Origin: Eledone cirrhosa
Lineage: Eukaryota
DNA: 64,000 nt
Assembly: GCA_964016885.1 (NCBI GenBank)
Contig: OZ024741.1
Span: 131,502,001-131,566,000 of the forward strand
Direction: 5' to 3'
A program made the position numbers and the translations under genes. Under the pieces are notes generated by a model. It saw only the letters and a program-made list of their open reading frames with translations. It did not search any database and was not told the DNA's origin. Of this stretch, positions 1 through 12,933 are shown in pieces. Every line of letters starts with the position of its first letter. Position 1 is the stretch's first letter.

Positions 1-556
1 GGAGAACCCCTACCGATGCGCTGAACAAGTGCGACTTTTTAGTCCAGCCAGCGACTTGAAAACTTTGGTACAAACACTACACTTGTGACAATTATTGATA
101 CATAGTGCTAGGCCCATGGTACCATGTGATGACAAGTGCAGAGAGATCTGCAGATATAAAGCAATGCCTGTGCCGTGAAGCTTTTATAGTGAGCAAAGGC
201 ACTGCACAAAGCCAGTCCCACTCTCTTAACCAAGATGATATTTACCAAAAAGAAGAACAAGTCAACATCATTGGATACCATCAGGGTTGCAGGTGTTATA
301 TCAGAGTTTACCTTCTCCTAGAATTCTGCCTTGACAAAGGCTAAGGGGTCATCTCTCCCGGTGATTTTGGATGGCCATTGACTCTTAAGAGCTCCTTTGC
401 CCTTTGACAGGTTTTGTTTTTAGTCCTGCAGGATGTCCAAAGTCACCCTCCTCACCAAGAAACCTTGGTGGGGTTGCCAGTTTAGTCGCCAACGACCCGA
501 CCATGGGACAGGTTGTACTGGGATACATGTTACCAGTAGCACCAAGTGGTGACCTG
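1..556 (-). mobile_element. Non-autonomous RTE-related retroposon, copy 1 (3' end lies outside the window)
   Basis: 1-351 is a close direct repeat of 1214-1565. No coding capacity. 5' end abuts (CATA)n at 559-627. Confidence 0.6.
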
Positions 557-990
557 ACACATACATACATACATACATACATACATACATACATACATAC
601 ATGCATGCATCCATACATACATACATACAGAAAGAAAGAAAGAAAGAACACAACTAGTTAGGAAATTACAAGTACAATCCATTAATGGAAGAGTAAAAAT
701 ATGTAAAACATTCCAAAAATGTTGCATCTAATAACTGCATATACACATACAAAGCATATACACATGCACACATACAACTCAAATCATACACATCCATACA
801 TACAATAACATTCATATCTACACATGCAGACATGCAGACATAATCTACCTAGTTGATGTTGTGTAAATTCCAATGAGAGTCTTGTGAATATATTAGAAAC
901 CGACTCTCTCTCTATTGGGAAAAAATTGGTGAAATTATAAAACCAGAAGAACATACATACATACATACATACATACATACATACATACAT

Positions 991-1032
991 GATGGCTGCC
1001 CCCTCGTTATCGAGTATGGCCATTGCACGAGA
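991..1032 (-). mobile_element. Isolated RTE-type 3' terminus with (ATGT)n tail
   Basis: Minus strand TCGTGCAATGGCCATACTCGATAACGAGGGGGCAGCCATC followed by (ATGT)n; similar to the termini at 1163 and 22941. Confidence 0.5.
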
Positions 1033-1076
1033 AGAAAATAAAATAAAATAAAATAAAATAAAATAAAATAAAATAA

Positions 1077-1136
<60 letters not shown>

Positions 1137-1162
1137 AAAAAAAAAAATATATATATATATAT

Positions 1163-1565
1163 ATGGTAGCTGCCAACTCGTTTTCGAGTACGGCCACTAC
1201 TTCATATCCATGTAGGAGAACCCCTACCGATGCGCTGAACGAGTGTGACTTTTTAGTCCAGCCAGCGATTTGAAAACTCTGGTACAAACACTACACCTGT
1301 GACAATTATTGACACATAGTGCTGGGCCCATGGTACCATGTGACGACAAGTGCAGAGAGATCTCCAGATATAAAGCAATGCCTGTGCCGTGAAGCTTTCA
1401 TAGTGAGCATAGGCACTGCACAAAGCCAGTCCCACTCTCTTAACCAAGATGATATTTACCAAAAAGAAGGACAAGTCAACATCATTGGATACCATCAGGG
1501 TTGCAGGTATTATATCAGAGTTTTCCTTCTCCTAGAATTCTGCCTTGACAAAGGCTAAGGGGTCA
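1163..1565 (-). mobile_element. Non-autonomous RTE-related retroposon, copy 2 (5'-truncated)
   Basis: Repeat of 1-351 plus 3' terminus GTGGCCGTACTCGAAAACGAGTTGGCAGCTACCAT; flanked by (TA)n and (CATA)n. Confidence 0.6.
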
Positions 1566-1605
1566 TACATACATACATACATACATACATACATACATAC
1601 ATACA

Positions 1606-1638
<33 letters not shown>

Positions 1639-2074
1639 TAGCACGTGTGTCTGAGTAGATTTACCAACATGTCCAGTCTAGCAGTTGCATATAACCTTCC
1701 GGGGATAATTATTAAAAGTAATTGCCGACACTACCTAATTTGATGCTTTCATGTTTATGTTGATCTATTCGCTCAGCCGCTAAAACAGAAACATTAAACA
1801 TTCTTTCAAACCTCCAAATTGAAGATAATAGCATGCAGTTCACAATTTCTATTTCTTCAGCATAACACGTCTCACAATGTTGATTGGTAGTTGGTAAATC
1901 GCGACATGAAAACAATCAATGCTTTTTACAATTGGTGCCGGCGGTTGATCTGCCTATTTTCTGGTCCAACATCTTTAACTCTAGATCTCCTCGTACAAGA
2001 CTAACCTCGGCCTAAACAATAGCAACAACTAAAACTATAGACATTAATACTCGCTACTATACTATACATTAGAT

Positions 2075-2409
2075 CTTAGGTTCTCAAAGTGGGCGCTATT
2101 GCCCCCGTGGGTCACTCAGAACGTCCAAGGGGGTGCTGTGGCGAACAGGGGTGGTAGAGATGATATAATAGTATATTAAATATCAAATGATACATGTTAT
2201 ATATAAATGTGGTAAAATTAAAAATGTATAATTTTTATTCATACATAGTATGTATTATATTATTCATTATATATAAATTAACGATTTTATTCATTATATA
2301 TCATTTACAATTTTCGTGTAGGCAGGTCTCACTGGAAATGGGGGAGGGGTCTCTGGGGTATTACGTGGCTGTAAGGGCGGTGGTGGCCCAAAAAGTTTGA
2401 GAACCTCTA
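2075..2409. mobile_element. hAT (Charlie-like) MITE
   Basis: TIRs CTTAGGTTCTCAAA / TTTGAGAACCTCTA; perfect 8-bp TSD CATTAGAT at 2067-2074 and 2410-2417 with central TA. Confidence 0.9.
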
Positions 2410-3477
2410 CATTAGATAATCTGGCCCTAGATAAACTAAGTCGGAATAAAAAATGGGATGGTCGTAGTTGGAACATCTTTGATTGTAGAGCTGCTGGATA
2501 AGAGGCCATTCGGTGTTAAAGCACAACAACTGCTACAACTATAGCCATTATACTTACTACTGTGCTATAAATTATATAATTCATGTAGCCCTAGATATAC
2601 TATGCCTACATAAAATTGGAATGGTTACACCTGGAACATGTTTGATCATCGGTCTTCTAAACAAGGGCTGACCTGGGACTGAAACGTTGTTCAGTTGACC
2701 TCGGAACGATGAAGCATATAGAAAGAAATCCAGCTGGTAAAGAACTTAGAAAAAGTAAGTCATAAACAGAAGAGAGATACAGTGCATCTAAACCGGATGT
2801 TCGCCCACCTACGCCACAAATTCGAGTTACATTCACATTACGAAGGATTATTTTCACCAAAAGTTTCCCATGCAATTATATTTTGTGTCACAAAAAGCTT
2901 GATTGAATCGTTCCTCTCATAAGATGATATCCTTAATGCAGCTGTTCATTAAAGTATTTGTTTGCGTTACACACAATCACACACACATAAGCTCTATCAC
3001 ACACTATAAACAAACCTAAAAATATATTACGCATATGTGTGTGTGCAGGCGTGTGTGTTTGTGTGCCTGTCTGTCTGTGTAATCTTTTAAATACATCAAG
3101 AAATGCATTCCGAGTTTGAGCTCGAAAGAAACTAAAGTAAATATATATGTTATTCCTATAATTGTCAGACTTCTGCAAATTAGACGAATTAATAAAACGT
3201 ACAGATTTAAACTGATTTATTATACCGAATCAAATGAATGTTGATTGAACTATCCAGATCAAATATACTCGTGACGTTCCTTTAATTCCAGCTGATTACG
3301 TTTGTGACAGTATTGTGTGAAGAATGACGCAATACGTACACTAATTCTGTTAGTCTAGACTTCCATAAAGAAGCAAAATCATTCCATTCAGAAGATGTAA
3401 CCGGGAAAGTCTAGAAACATTCATGGTTGATTTTGAATAATTACTATTTTTAATTAAAAAAAAAATATATGTATGTA

Positions 3478-4097
3478 AGCATGCATGTTTCTCTTTCTCT
3501 TAATTTCGAGTACATTTTTGACCGGCCACCTTCCTGGTGGCAAGGTTGTAAAAGAAATGAAATTGTCATCCCTTGAATCGCAAGAATGTTTTGCAAATTT
3601 TGAAGGTGTCAACTATTGCAGCTATTTGTAGTCGATGAATTAGGGAGCTGCGCTCTTTGTCCACAAATCCAAGTCCAGTTATAGTTTGGTCCAAGCGGGT
3701 TGGTATATAACCTATAGCTCCAATAATGATGGGTATGAAGCTGAAGGTGTATCTTTAATACTGGATCTGCAAACTCCTCATCAATGGTCCGTAGATGTCC
3801 TCCTTCTGTTGTACTTTTCTTACATTGTTGACATCAAGTGGGCAGCTGATCTCTACAACAGAACACGTTTTCAATGTGTGGTCCCAAACAACAATATCAG
3901 GCCGGTTGTGCTTTAATTTGGTGGCAGTTTTTATTTTCAGGTTCCACCAGTATTCTTTAGTGCCATCTATCTCAACATATTCCTCCTCATTTGTTTTTAA
4001 CTTTGTTTTCCTAAGTACGCTCCAGATGGTTCTAGCTATCACATCGTGTCTCATGGGGAGGTAGTAGCAAGACGACATTCTTTCGGAGTCGACAACA
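3478..4097 (-). mobile_element. 5'-truncated R4-like non-LTR element (RLE domain and 3'UTR)
   Basis: RHD...NRPDIVVWD...EISCP...KEDIY motifs (ORF 3755-4078), continuing FIPIIIGAIG to a stop at 3566. 3'UTR hairpin at 3525-3541. Flanked by ATGT repeats. Confidence 0.85.
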
Positions 4098-4329
4098 ATG
4101 TATGTATGTATGTATGTATGTATGTATGTATGTATGTATGTATGTATGTATGTATGTATGTATGTATCTGTGTATGTATGTATGAATAAATGGACCCGTT
4201 ATTCCTTACAGAGTCGTAGGGACGCCATCTTTATCTTGGGCACTTTAAACCTGACAGAGACCATCCCTTCTTCAAAAGAACGAGAGCGTCACAATGCGTG
4301 TGTGTGTGTATGTGTGAAAAATTCGACGC

Positions 4330-4470
4330 ACAGTACTCGAGTGGTAATTCTTTTATCGATCTTCAAAGAATGAAAGGTAAAATGACCTCGGTGAGGTTTG
4401 AATTCAGAGAGCTGAGAGAGCCGGAACGAACATCGCAAATTATTTCATCCGATCTTTTAATAACTCTGCG
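4330..4470 (-). mobile_element. Old diverged SINE copy
   Basis: TTTTATCGA..GAATGAAAGGTAAAATGACCTCGG..TTTGAATTCAG matches the reverse complement of the SINE core at 10090-10155. Confidence 0.65.
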
Positions 4471-5315
4471 ATTTCTCCCTCCCATTGATTTTACATTGAC
4501 CTCAATGACGAGATCATTATCTCGTTTTTGAAATAATCTTATTGATCAGTTTTTCACTTGATTTATCAGTTACCCAAATTCGTTGACGCGGCCTACTCCT
4601 GTATAATAATCAACATGCTTTTAATTCAACTAATATTTACTATGTTGGATTTAGTACCTGTTGTAATACTGGTGGTGGTGTTTAGAATCTAGTTGTACTG
4701 ATACCAAAACTATTTTTCATGCGACAGCTTGTATGATTTTAGAATATGCTTTAATGATGCGTGCGTTCTTCTTCTGTTGTTCTATAGACTTGCATTTAAG
4801 GTTGTTGTTGATGTTGTTTTCACACTAGTTCTTTAGTCCAAGGTTAGCTATGATCAAAACGATTTAGCCATAAACACCTCATATTTTTATTATATTTGGT
4901 TAATTTTATCCGTCGCCTAGTTTAACAACATAATATCACGGGACCATTAGTGCATATTGTGGAGTCCACACTTCTTAAAGTATTCAGACTAGGTTTCTGA
5001 TTCAAGGACATCTCCCTTCATCTTTTCCTCCAAACTCGAATGCCCTGAAAACTGACATAGGCACTGACACACTCTGTCTAAAAGGTAAAAAGAAAATATG
5101 AACTCCGAAACATTACTCAATGTATCTATATTTAAGCAATTGGAATGTAAATTAAGTATACAGACCTTTTTCGAAATTCTTTTTCCAGAAGGTTGATACA
5201 TAGCCTTTTGTTTTGCTTATTATAATAAATTATTCTATTTTGTGCTCTGTTTAACTTCTCCACCTATGGTTTAACTTTTTATATAGTTTTTTTTGTGAAA
5301 AATGACATATATTTC

Positions 5316-5356
<41 letters not shown>

Positions 5357-5360
<4 letters not shown>

Positions 5361-5437
5361 AGGGCGTGATAAGATACTAGGTGGACCATAACCCACCACA
5401 GACCTCGATACTTGGGGTAATAGAGTGGGTAATATGA
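5357..5437 (-). mobile_element. Tail-only copy of the fold-back mini-element family seen at 10837 and 29807
   Basis: Reverse complement aligns with 10961-11040; (TA)n on both sides. Confidence 0.75.
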
Positions 5438-6329
5438 AATATATATATATATTAAAACCATAACAAGAAAACTCAATCAACACCCAAACACCACACAACA
5501 ACCAACAACAACAACAAAATAATATGTCCCCACATACCAAAAAAAGAAGGCATCACCTCGTCCTTACCTCCTACACCCTCCACATAACTACCACACGGAC
5601 TCCCAAGCAACAAATATAGTAATAGAGAAACATCAGCTACAAGATAGACACTACAACTTCTCTCCCACCAGGAGAAACCATAGAATCCCCCACACTTACA
5701 ACCCCCTAACATCCCCACACAACAAACCCACAACGATCATTACTTCCAACATAGAACCCAAAATACACAACTACCACACATGTCACATAGGCCTCACAAC
5801 CACACACCAACTATAAAGAAACCCTAATCTACCCTTCCCCCTAACCACATCCTACTACAACACCAGCAGGGGACAATAGAACCACACGAGACACCCTAAC
5901 CACCACAACCACCACAACAACACACTACACAACAACAACAGCAGGACTCAATATAACCACACAAGACAACCCTACTACAACTACCACCAAGTCTACACAC
6001 CCTACAACAACAACAGTGCTCAGCACAACCATACGATACAACCCAACTTCAACAACCACCACAACTTCATACCCTATAACCACGTCCATCAAATCTACAC
6101 AACCTACAACAACATCAGCAGGGCTCAATACAACCACACGATACAACCTAACTTCAACAACCACCACAGCTACACACCATCTAACAACAACAACTGGGGC
6201 CAATACAACCATAAGAGACATCCAAACTTCAACAGCCACCACAACTTCCGTAATCCTTTTTTAGACACAGCACACAGACACAGGAAGGATAACAAGATAA
6301 GACAAAACACACAGGAGACACAAAATGTA

Positions 6330-8604
6330 ATAAAAATTGTTAATTTAACCTCTAAAGAATTAACAACAGACCAAATCAACATACTCTCCAAAGGTCTAAA
6401 ATTTACACCAACTCCCCAACAACCAAATTACCCTGAAATGAAGGAAGATATTGCAGAATTCTGTAGAAAACTAAGACTTAGCGAGCAACTATACGACAAA
6501 TACAATGAGGATGACTCAATAGCCAGAAATAGAAGCAACTTCACCCCACCAAAAGGCAAGAACAAATTCCTCGATCAATTCTGCGAACACATTACTAATT
6601 ACCCATACCACCACCTACACAGACATAAACAAAAACCAAACCTAAGCAAAAAAGAATGGAATGGTCTTAACAGTCTAAAAAACGACAAAACCCTAACAAA
6701 CAAAGAGGCAGATAAAGGGAGTGCAGTAGTCCTTATGGGGACAGATTACTACACGACTCTAGTACTCTCAACTCTAGAAAACCAAACATATTATGAAAAG
6801 GCCCAACACTACACACAGCAGAAAATAATGAGAAACCTAAAATCGCTAACAACCCTTTACAAAGAAGGCCTTACAGACAAGGAATATAACTACATCACCA
6901 ATTTCAAAAGCAGAACCAGCCTCTTCTACGGTATCTCAAAGACAGACACACAAAAGCGAAGTAATAGGTAGGGCTTGCAAGCAAGCCACAGACATTTACA
7001 TCAATATAGCCCCGCCTGATGACCTTAAATTAAGACCCATAATAGCAGGTACCACATGTGAAACCCACCGCCTAAGCAACTTCCTAGATATTCTGCTTAA
7101 ACCTTTCCTAAAACACATAAAAAGCTTCAAAAGGGACGACCTTGACATGCTCAACCACCTCCCAACAACACTCAATAATGAACATACCCTACTAGTAACC
7201 TTTGATGTCATCAATTTATATTCCAATATCCCACACAACCTAGGTATAGAGGCAATACAATTCTGGCTTGAAAATTTCCCTAGTGAACTCCCACAGCGCA
7301 TCCCTAAAGAATTTGGTTTGGAGGGACTCAAATTCATCTTGGAAAACAATTTCTTCGAATTCAATGCCAAATACTACAGACAGAAATTTGGGACTGCCAT
7401 GGGCACGAAAGTAACCCCCTCATACGCCAACCTTGTCATGGGATATTTGGAAACCACTCTCTACCGCAAAGTTCTAGAAAAAATACGGCAACCACTTCTA
7501 CCAACACATAGAAAAGAACTGGAAGAGATATCGGGACGACTGCTTCATCATCTGGCACGAAAGTATAGATAGACTGATTGAGTTTAAAACCCTTCTAAAT
7601 GGACTCAACACAAACTTACAATTCACAATGGATTACAGCCATGAACAACTCCCTTACCTCGACATCCTCATCAAGAAAACAAGCAACAAAATAGAAACAG
7701 ACATATACTACAAACGCACAGACTCCAAACAATACCTTCCATTCAACTCGTACCACCCTCGACATACCAAAATGGCAATTCCTTATAACCTAGCCAGAAG
7801 GATTTGCACAATAGTTTCAGATAAATACACATGCTACACACGACTAGAAGAATTAAAAAATACACTTATCAGCAGAAACTACCCAGCATCCCTAATCAAC
7901 AATGGATTCCAACGTGCCCTAAAACTCGACATCCAGGAACTCAGACACCCAAACCCATGAATGAACCGCAACAGAAAACTCTACCATACATCTCCATACA
8001 CAAGCCCCTCAACAATGAGGCATTCGACACCATCCTCCAGAACATTCCTTTACTAAAAAGAGACCCAAGAATGAACAAAATCCTCCAAACACATAACATC
8101 ATAAAGAGCAAAAGACAACCTAAATCCATAAAAAACAACCCCACACAAGCCAAATTCCAACAAACCCTCACACTGAACCCTACAGTAACAAAATGCGGAA
8201 GGCCCAACTGTGGCATATGCATAAATCTAATAGAAGGTTCAACATTCCATTTTAAACAAGGACAACATTTCACAGTTAAACACAACTTTACATGTGCATC
8301 TGAAAACCTAATCTATGTTTTGACCTGCTCAGGTTGTCAAGAACACTACATAGGACAGACAAAAAACAGCCTACGACAAGGTATGAATGTCCATAAATCA
8401 CAAATCAAAATACAGGAATACAGAAAGATTGCTTTTAGTGAACATATCGCCAATTGTGCACCCAACCAACATCCAAACTTTAAAATTTTCCCTATTTACA
8501 AATTCATAGACAACGCTACTTTCATCCATCGTACCAATAAGGAAACGTATTTCATTAACAAATTCCAACCCCTACTTAATGTACTAAACTTCGGACTAAA
8601 CTAA
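6330..8604 (+). pseudogene. PLE reverse transcriptase and GIY-YIG endonuclease ORF (at least 3 frameshifts)
   Basis: Consecutive ORF pieces 6438-6971, 7147-7572, 7628-7960 and 7831-8604. Confidence 0.9.
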
Positions 8605-8947
8605 AACTGGAACGAACAATGAAACATTTACAAATACCTATGTCTCTCTAAAGAGTTACCTCCCTCACACCCTACCTAATCCTTTTTCTTAAATAAATTA
8701 AATATCATCCAGCATTTCTCTCCCGCCCTGAATTACCTCCCCCAACATATTAACTCTCTAAAAAGGGAAATCATATCAAACCCCAGTCCACCATTTGCGT
8801 CCATAATGGATCAACTAAGCACTCTTGCTATATTAACATATTTTGATTTGCTTATCTTCAAGAACTATGCCTGTAAATAACATTATTCTTTCTGCACCAT
8901 TTCTTTAACATGTCCAACACCACCATTCTACACCAATACATATTATT

Positions 8948-8987
8948 ATCATTTGATAATGCATAAAAATGCTGAAACCGGTAATAG
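8948..8987 (+). ncRNA. Degenerate minimal hammerhead ribozyme in the PLE 3' region
   Basis: TTGATAA-tgca-taaaaa-tgct-GAAA-CCGG-TA: palindromic stem III typical of PLE hammerheads, with two substitutions relative to CTGANGA. Confidence 0.55.
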
Positions 8988-9178
8988 ACAATTATTAAAA
9001 ATATAAATAGATAAATAAATACCATTGTTAATTAATAAATAAATCAACTAATACCTTAACACTTCACACAAAGTAAAATATTTCATTTTAATCATTTTGT
9101 AACCCTGAAAAAAAGAGAGAAAAAAATAAAAAGGTAAAAAATATATTTTTCTTCCTAACAATCGTCTTTTCTCCCTGT

Positions 9179-9283
<105 letters not shown>

Positions 9284-10020
9284 AGAAGATAGAGTGAGAG
9301 AGAGAGATGGAGAGAAATATGTTGGTAGGTAAGTAAGTAAGTAGATATATAGATAGATAGATAGATTGCCTACTATGTATCTTAGAAATATTTTTAAAAA
9401 AGTGGTTATAATAACGGTGGGGCAATATCAACATCAGTAAAATACAGAATAAAAAGTAACAAATGCAATAATATTGATGATAATAATAACAATAATAATA
9501 ATGATAATAGACTGCAAAATTTCATGACTATTAACCCATTTATACACAATAGTGAGTATGTATTTTTCTTATTGGCTTCCAGACTTTAATAGAAGCACTT
9601 AAGATTCCATAGAAACAGAGTAAGTCACATGAACATATGCACAGGCATGTGTATACTTGTGTGTCAGTGTTTATCAGTGCGTCTGTGACTGTCTGTCAAT
9701 CTGCTTGCATGCGTTTGTGTGTAATTCTGTATGTATGTCTATATATATATATATGTATGTGTGCGCGCACATATGTATGTATACACTTAAACGAGCATGC
9801 GCGGTTCTGTGAGTGCATATGTATGTGTGTGTTTGTACATGTGTGTATATATGTGCGTGTATATGCGTGTGCTTACACATTTTAATTGTCTTTCAAAGAC
9901 AAAATTTCCCCATAGATCATATTTCAAAATGGTGTTGATCACATGATTTATATATTCACACAGAAATAGCACATACACACATACACATTCAGTCGTGTAC
10001 ACCCTCATTCACAAACATAC

Positions 10021-10206
10021 GGTGGATTGGCAGAATCGGTAGAGGGTCGGACGCCGTGCTTTGACGCATAGAGTTACGGCCCTTGCCATTCTGAGTTCAA
10101 ATCCCGCTGAGGTTAACTTTGCTTTCATCCTTACGGGGTCGATAAAATAAAGTACCAGTAATGCACTGGATATTTGCTGGCCTTGTGCCAAAAGTAGAAA
10201 CAATTA
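10021..10206 (+). mobile_element. tRNA-derived SINE, full length
   Basis: A box TGGCAGAATCGG, B box GAGTTCAAATCCC, central GGGGTCGATAAAATAAAGTACC, tail GGCCTTGTGCC..AGAAACAATT; more than 10 copies in the window. Confidence 0.9.
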
Positions 10207-10795
10207 ATAATATATATAAATATATATGTGTGTGTGTGTGCACATGCATATACGCTTACTTATACATATACACACACAAAAAGCCCAATTACATGCACAC
10301 CGAAGTATTCATATATTTCCCTTATCTCCAAATCTTTAATAATTAATACAATTTTTATGTCGCTGCAAATTCGTTTTAACAATTTAAACAATTAAGCTAT
10401 ATTTGTCATATTAAGATATAATAATATAATAAAATTTTTTCCAAAATCTATTATTCTGAAATTATGCCCTCTTCGTTTCCCATGCTTACAACCAGGGGCA
10501 GTTCTCAGTTACATTTTGATTTTTCCATAGTGCATCTGCTGTTAAAATGGCATTATATTTACAACATATACTAGAAAACAATTTATATTTATTGTAAAAC
10601 AGTTTATATAACCATATTATCTTTATATAACTTAATTCAGTATTTAGCCTTTAAATAGTTACTTTAGATATATGTACCATTTTCTATATTAAATCCATTT
10701 AATTTCAGATAAATTATATAAATATATATACGTGTGTGAGTGATGAATATGTGTGTTAGAGATAGATAGTTGGATAAATAGAGGAAGAGAGACTG

Positions 10796-10836
<41 letters not shown>

Positions 10837-10838
<2 letters not shown>

Positions 10839-11040
10839 AACCAGTAAGACCCCGACAGCTGAGCTCAAGCCGTTTCGACGGCTAATTCTGGACTAAAATT
10901 CTGGACTAAAATTAGCCGTCGAAACGGCTTGAGCTCAGCTGTCGGGGTCTTACTGGTTCCTATTACCCACTCTACTACCTCAAGTATTGAGTACTTTGGT
11001 GCGTTATGGTCCACCTGGTTCCTTACCACATTTCCTTCGT
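10837..11040 (+). mobile_element. Fold-back mini-element (PLE pseudo-LTR derived)
   Basis: Perfect ~52-bp inverted arms 10835-10887 / 10910-10962, ~78-nt tail, (TA)n flanks; carries the GAAAC half of a hammerhead-like core. Confidence 0.75.
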
Positions 11041-11120
<80 letters not shown>

Positions 11121-11136
11121 TGTATATATATATATT

Positions 11137-12018
11137 AAAGAGTTAAACAAGATTCAATGAGTACATCAAAGAATAAGTTTTACAGTAGATTGGAAGCACT
11201 CTACAAAAAAATATTTTACAGTGTTATTAATATTAAAATATTAATAAAATAGATGTTCTTTTGATCAATTAAATTTTATTATACATATTTCAGAGGTACA
11301 ACAGTACGTCTCCATCAGACAAAATATAATGATACATGACATACCCTGGGATGTTAAATGGTTAAGATTTAATCAAGGTAGTGATTAACCTATGAGAAAA
11401 CTCAACATTTATACCCTAATAATGAGAAAATGTGTAAACGTAATAAATTCAATAGAGAAGGTATGAGTAAGAATAACGTTGCTTTAATGTAACAGTTATA
11501 GAGATTTTAAAATGCGGGATTCTACAAATTATGATTGTCGAGGAAGACGTCTCTGGGATTATAAGTTTATTACAGTTTATGAAGGCAACTGATAGATGAT
11601 TAAAAAGAGGGAGAGATAAAGGGGAGTAATTTATGCAGAACATTTTTTTCCCCCTTAAGGACTAAGCGGTTAAGTTTCAAAATATTTAATTTATGTTATT
11701 TTAGGGTGAAGAATCAAAATATTAAGTTTTTAAAAGTTGATGGTTATTTATATTTATTAATTTTATAGATTTTATAAATTTTTTAAATGTGTTACATTTC
11801 TAAAATTCTGAATTTTATGAAAACAAAATTAAAGGATTTATTAGGCCCGCGAAAGAGAAATATACACTGTTGAATATTCCCTTAAAAGTAAACTTTAACA
11901 AAAAATACCTATTAGAGTGACAGCATTTTCAGTATGTAAAATTTATGAAGTACTTATTGTTAGAATTATCGAAAGATACATTGTCTAAAGTATAATGATT
12001 AACGCAGAGTTTTCAGCC

Positions 12019-12057
<39 letters not shown>

Positions 12058-12383
12058 CATTTATCGTAATAAATTAATATTTATTATATTATATTAAATC
12101 ACTATATTAGTTCTACCTTCATGGGAGGAATGAAACCTAAATAATGGGTATGTTATTGTATAATATATCTATATTTGCACAAACTATATATAGCGTTAAA
12201 CCGAAACGGTAATTATTAGGGTGTAAATGTTGTGTTTTCTCATAGGTTAATCACTACCTTGATTAAATCTTAACCATTTAACATCTCAGGGTATGTCATG
12301 TATCATTATATTTTGTCTGTACCTCTGAAATATGTATAATAAAATTTAATTGATCAAAAGAACATCTATTTTATTAATATTTA
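11137..12383 (-). mobile_element. Decayed PLE 3' end with inverted pseudo-LTR segment
   Basis: About 11236-11423 is inverted at about 12213-12382. Minus-strand CTGATGGA...GAAAT at 11288-11319 is deleted in the second arm. (TA)n flanks. Confidence 0.6.
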
Positions 12384-12403
12384 TATATATATATATATAT
12401 ATA

Positions 12404-12755
12404 AAAAACGAAATATCAGTGATGCATCTGGACTCAGTTTATTGCGTGTTACAATTCTCAGTTTATTGCGTGTTACAATGCAATTCTTTGGGAGCAAATT
12501 TTCTCACTCTGTGAGAAAATTTGCTCCGAGAGAATTGCATGTGTCCGAAGGAACCTGCAGCCGTAGAATCAGCCAGATCCATACAGTGATCATGTCTCGA
12601 GCTACCTGTCGGAGAAACAATTGTAACACGCAATAAACTGAGTCCAGATGCATCAGTGATTTTTCGTTTTTTCATACTATTCACACTCTGCTCTGTAAGA
12701 ATATTGAGTGCTAATTTTGGCATACCGCCTATGGAACCACCATAGCTACCATCAT
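12404..12755 (+). mobile_element. Fold-back mini-element with nested hairpin
   Basis: Arms ~12404-12455 / 12620-12671; inner hairpin 12478-12540; GAAA-CAATTG-TA stem III motif; tail with ACTCTGCT..TATTGAGTGC. Confidence 0.7.
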
Positions 12756-12856
<101 letters not shown>

Positions 12857-12884
12857 TAGAATTCTTATTTCTCGCCCTAGCATG

Positions 12885-12930
<46 letters not shown>

Positions 12931-12933
<3 letters not shown>

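Noticed and set aside
4985-5090. Possible host exon ending AAAG|GTAAAA
   Set aside because: No recognisable protein and no partner exons; cannot be supported without transcript data.
5880-6264. Mucin-like Thr-rich ORF
   Set aside because: Low-complexity leader of the Neptune-like PLE, contiguous with its ORF; no exon structure.
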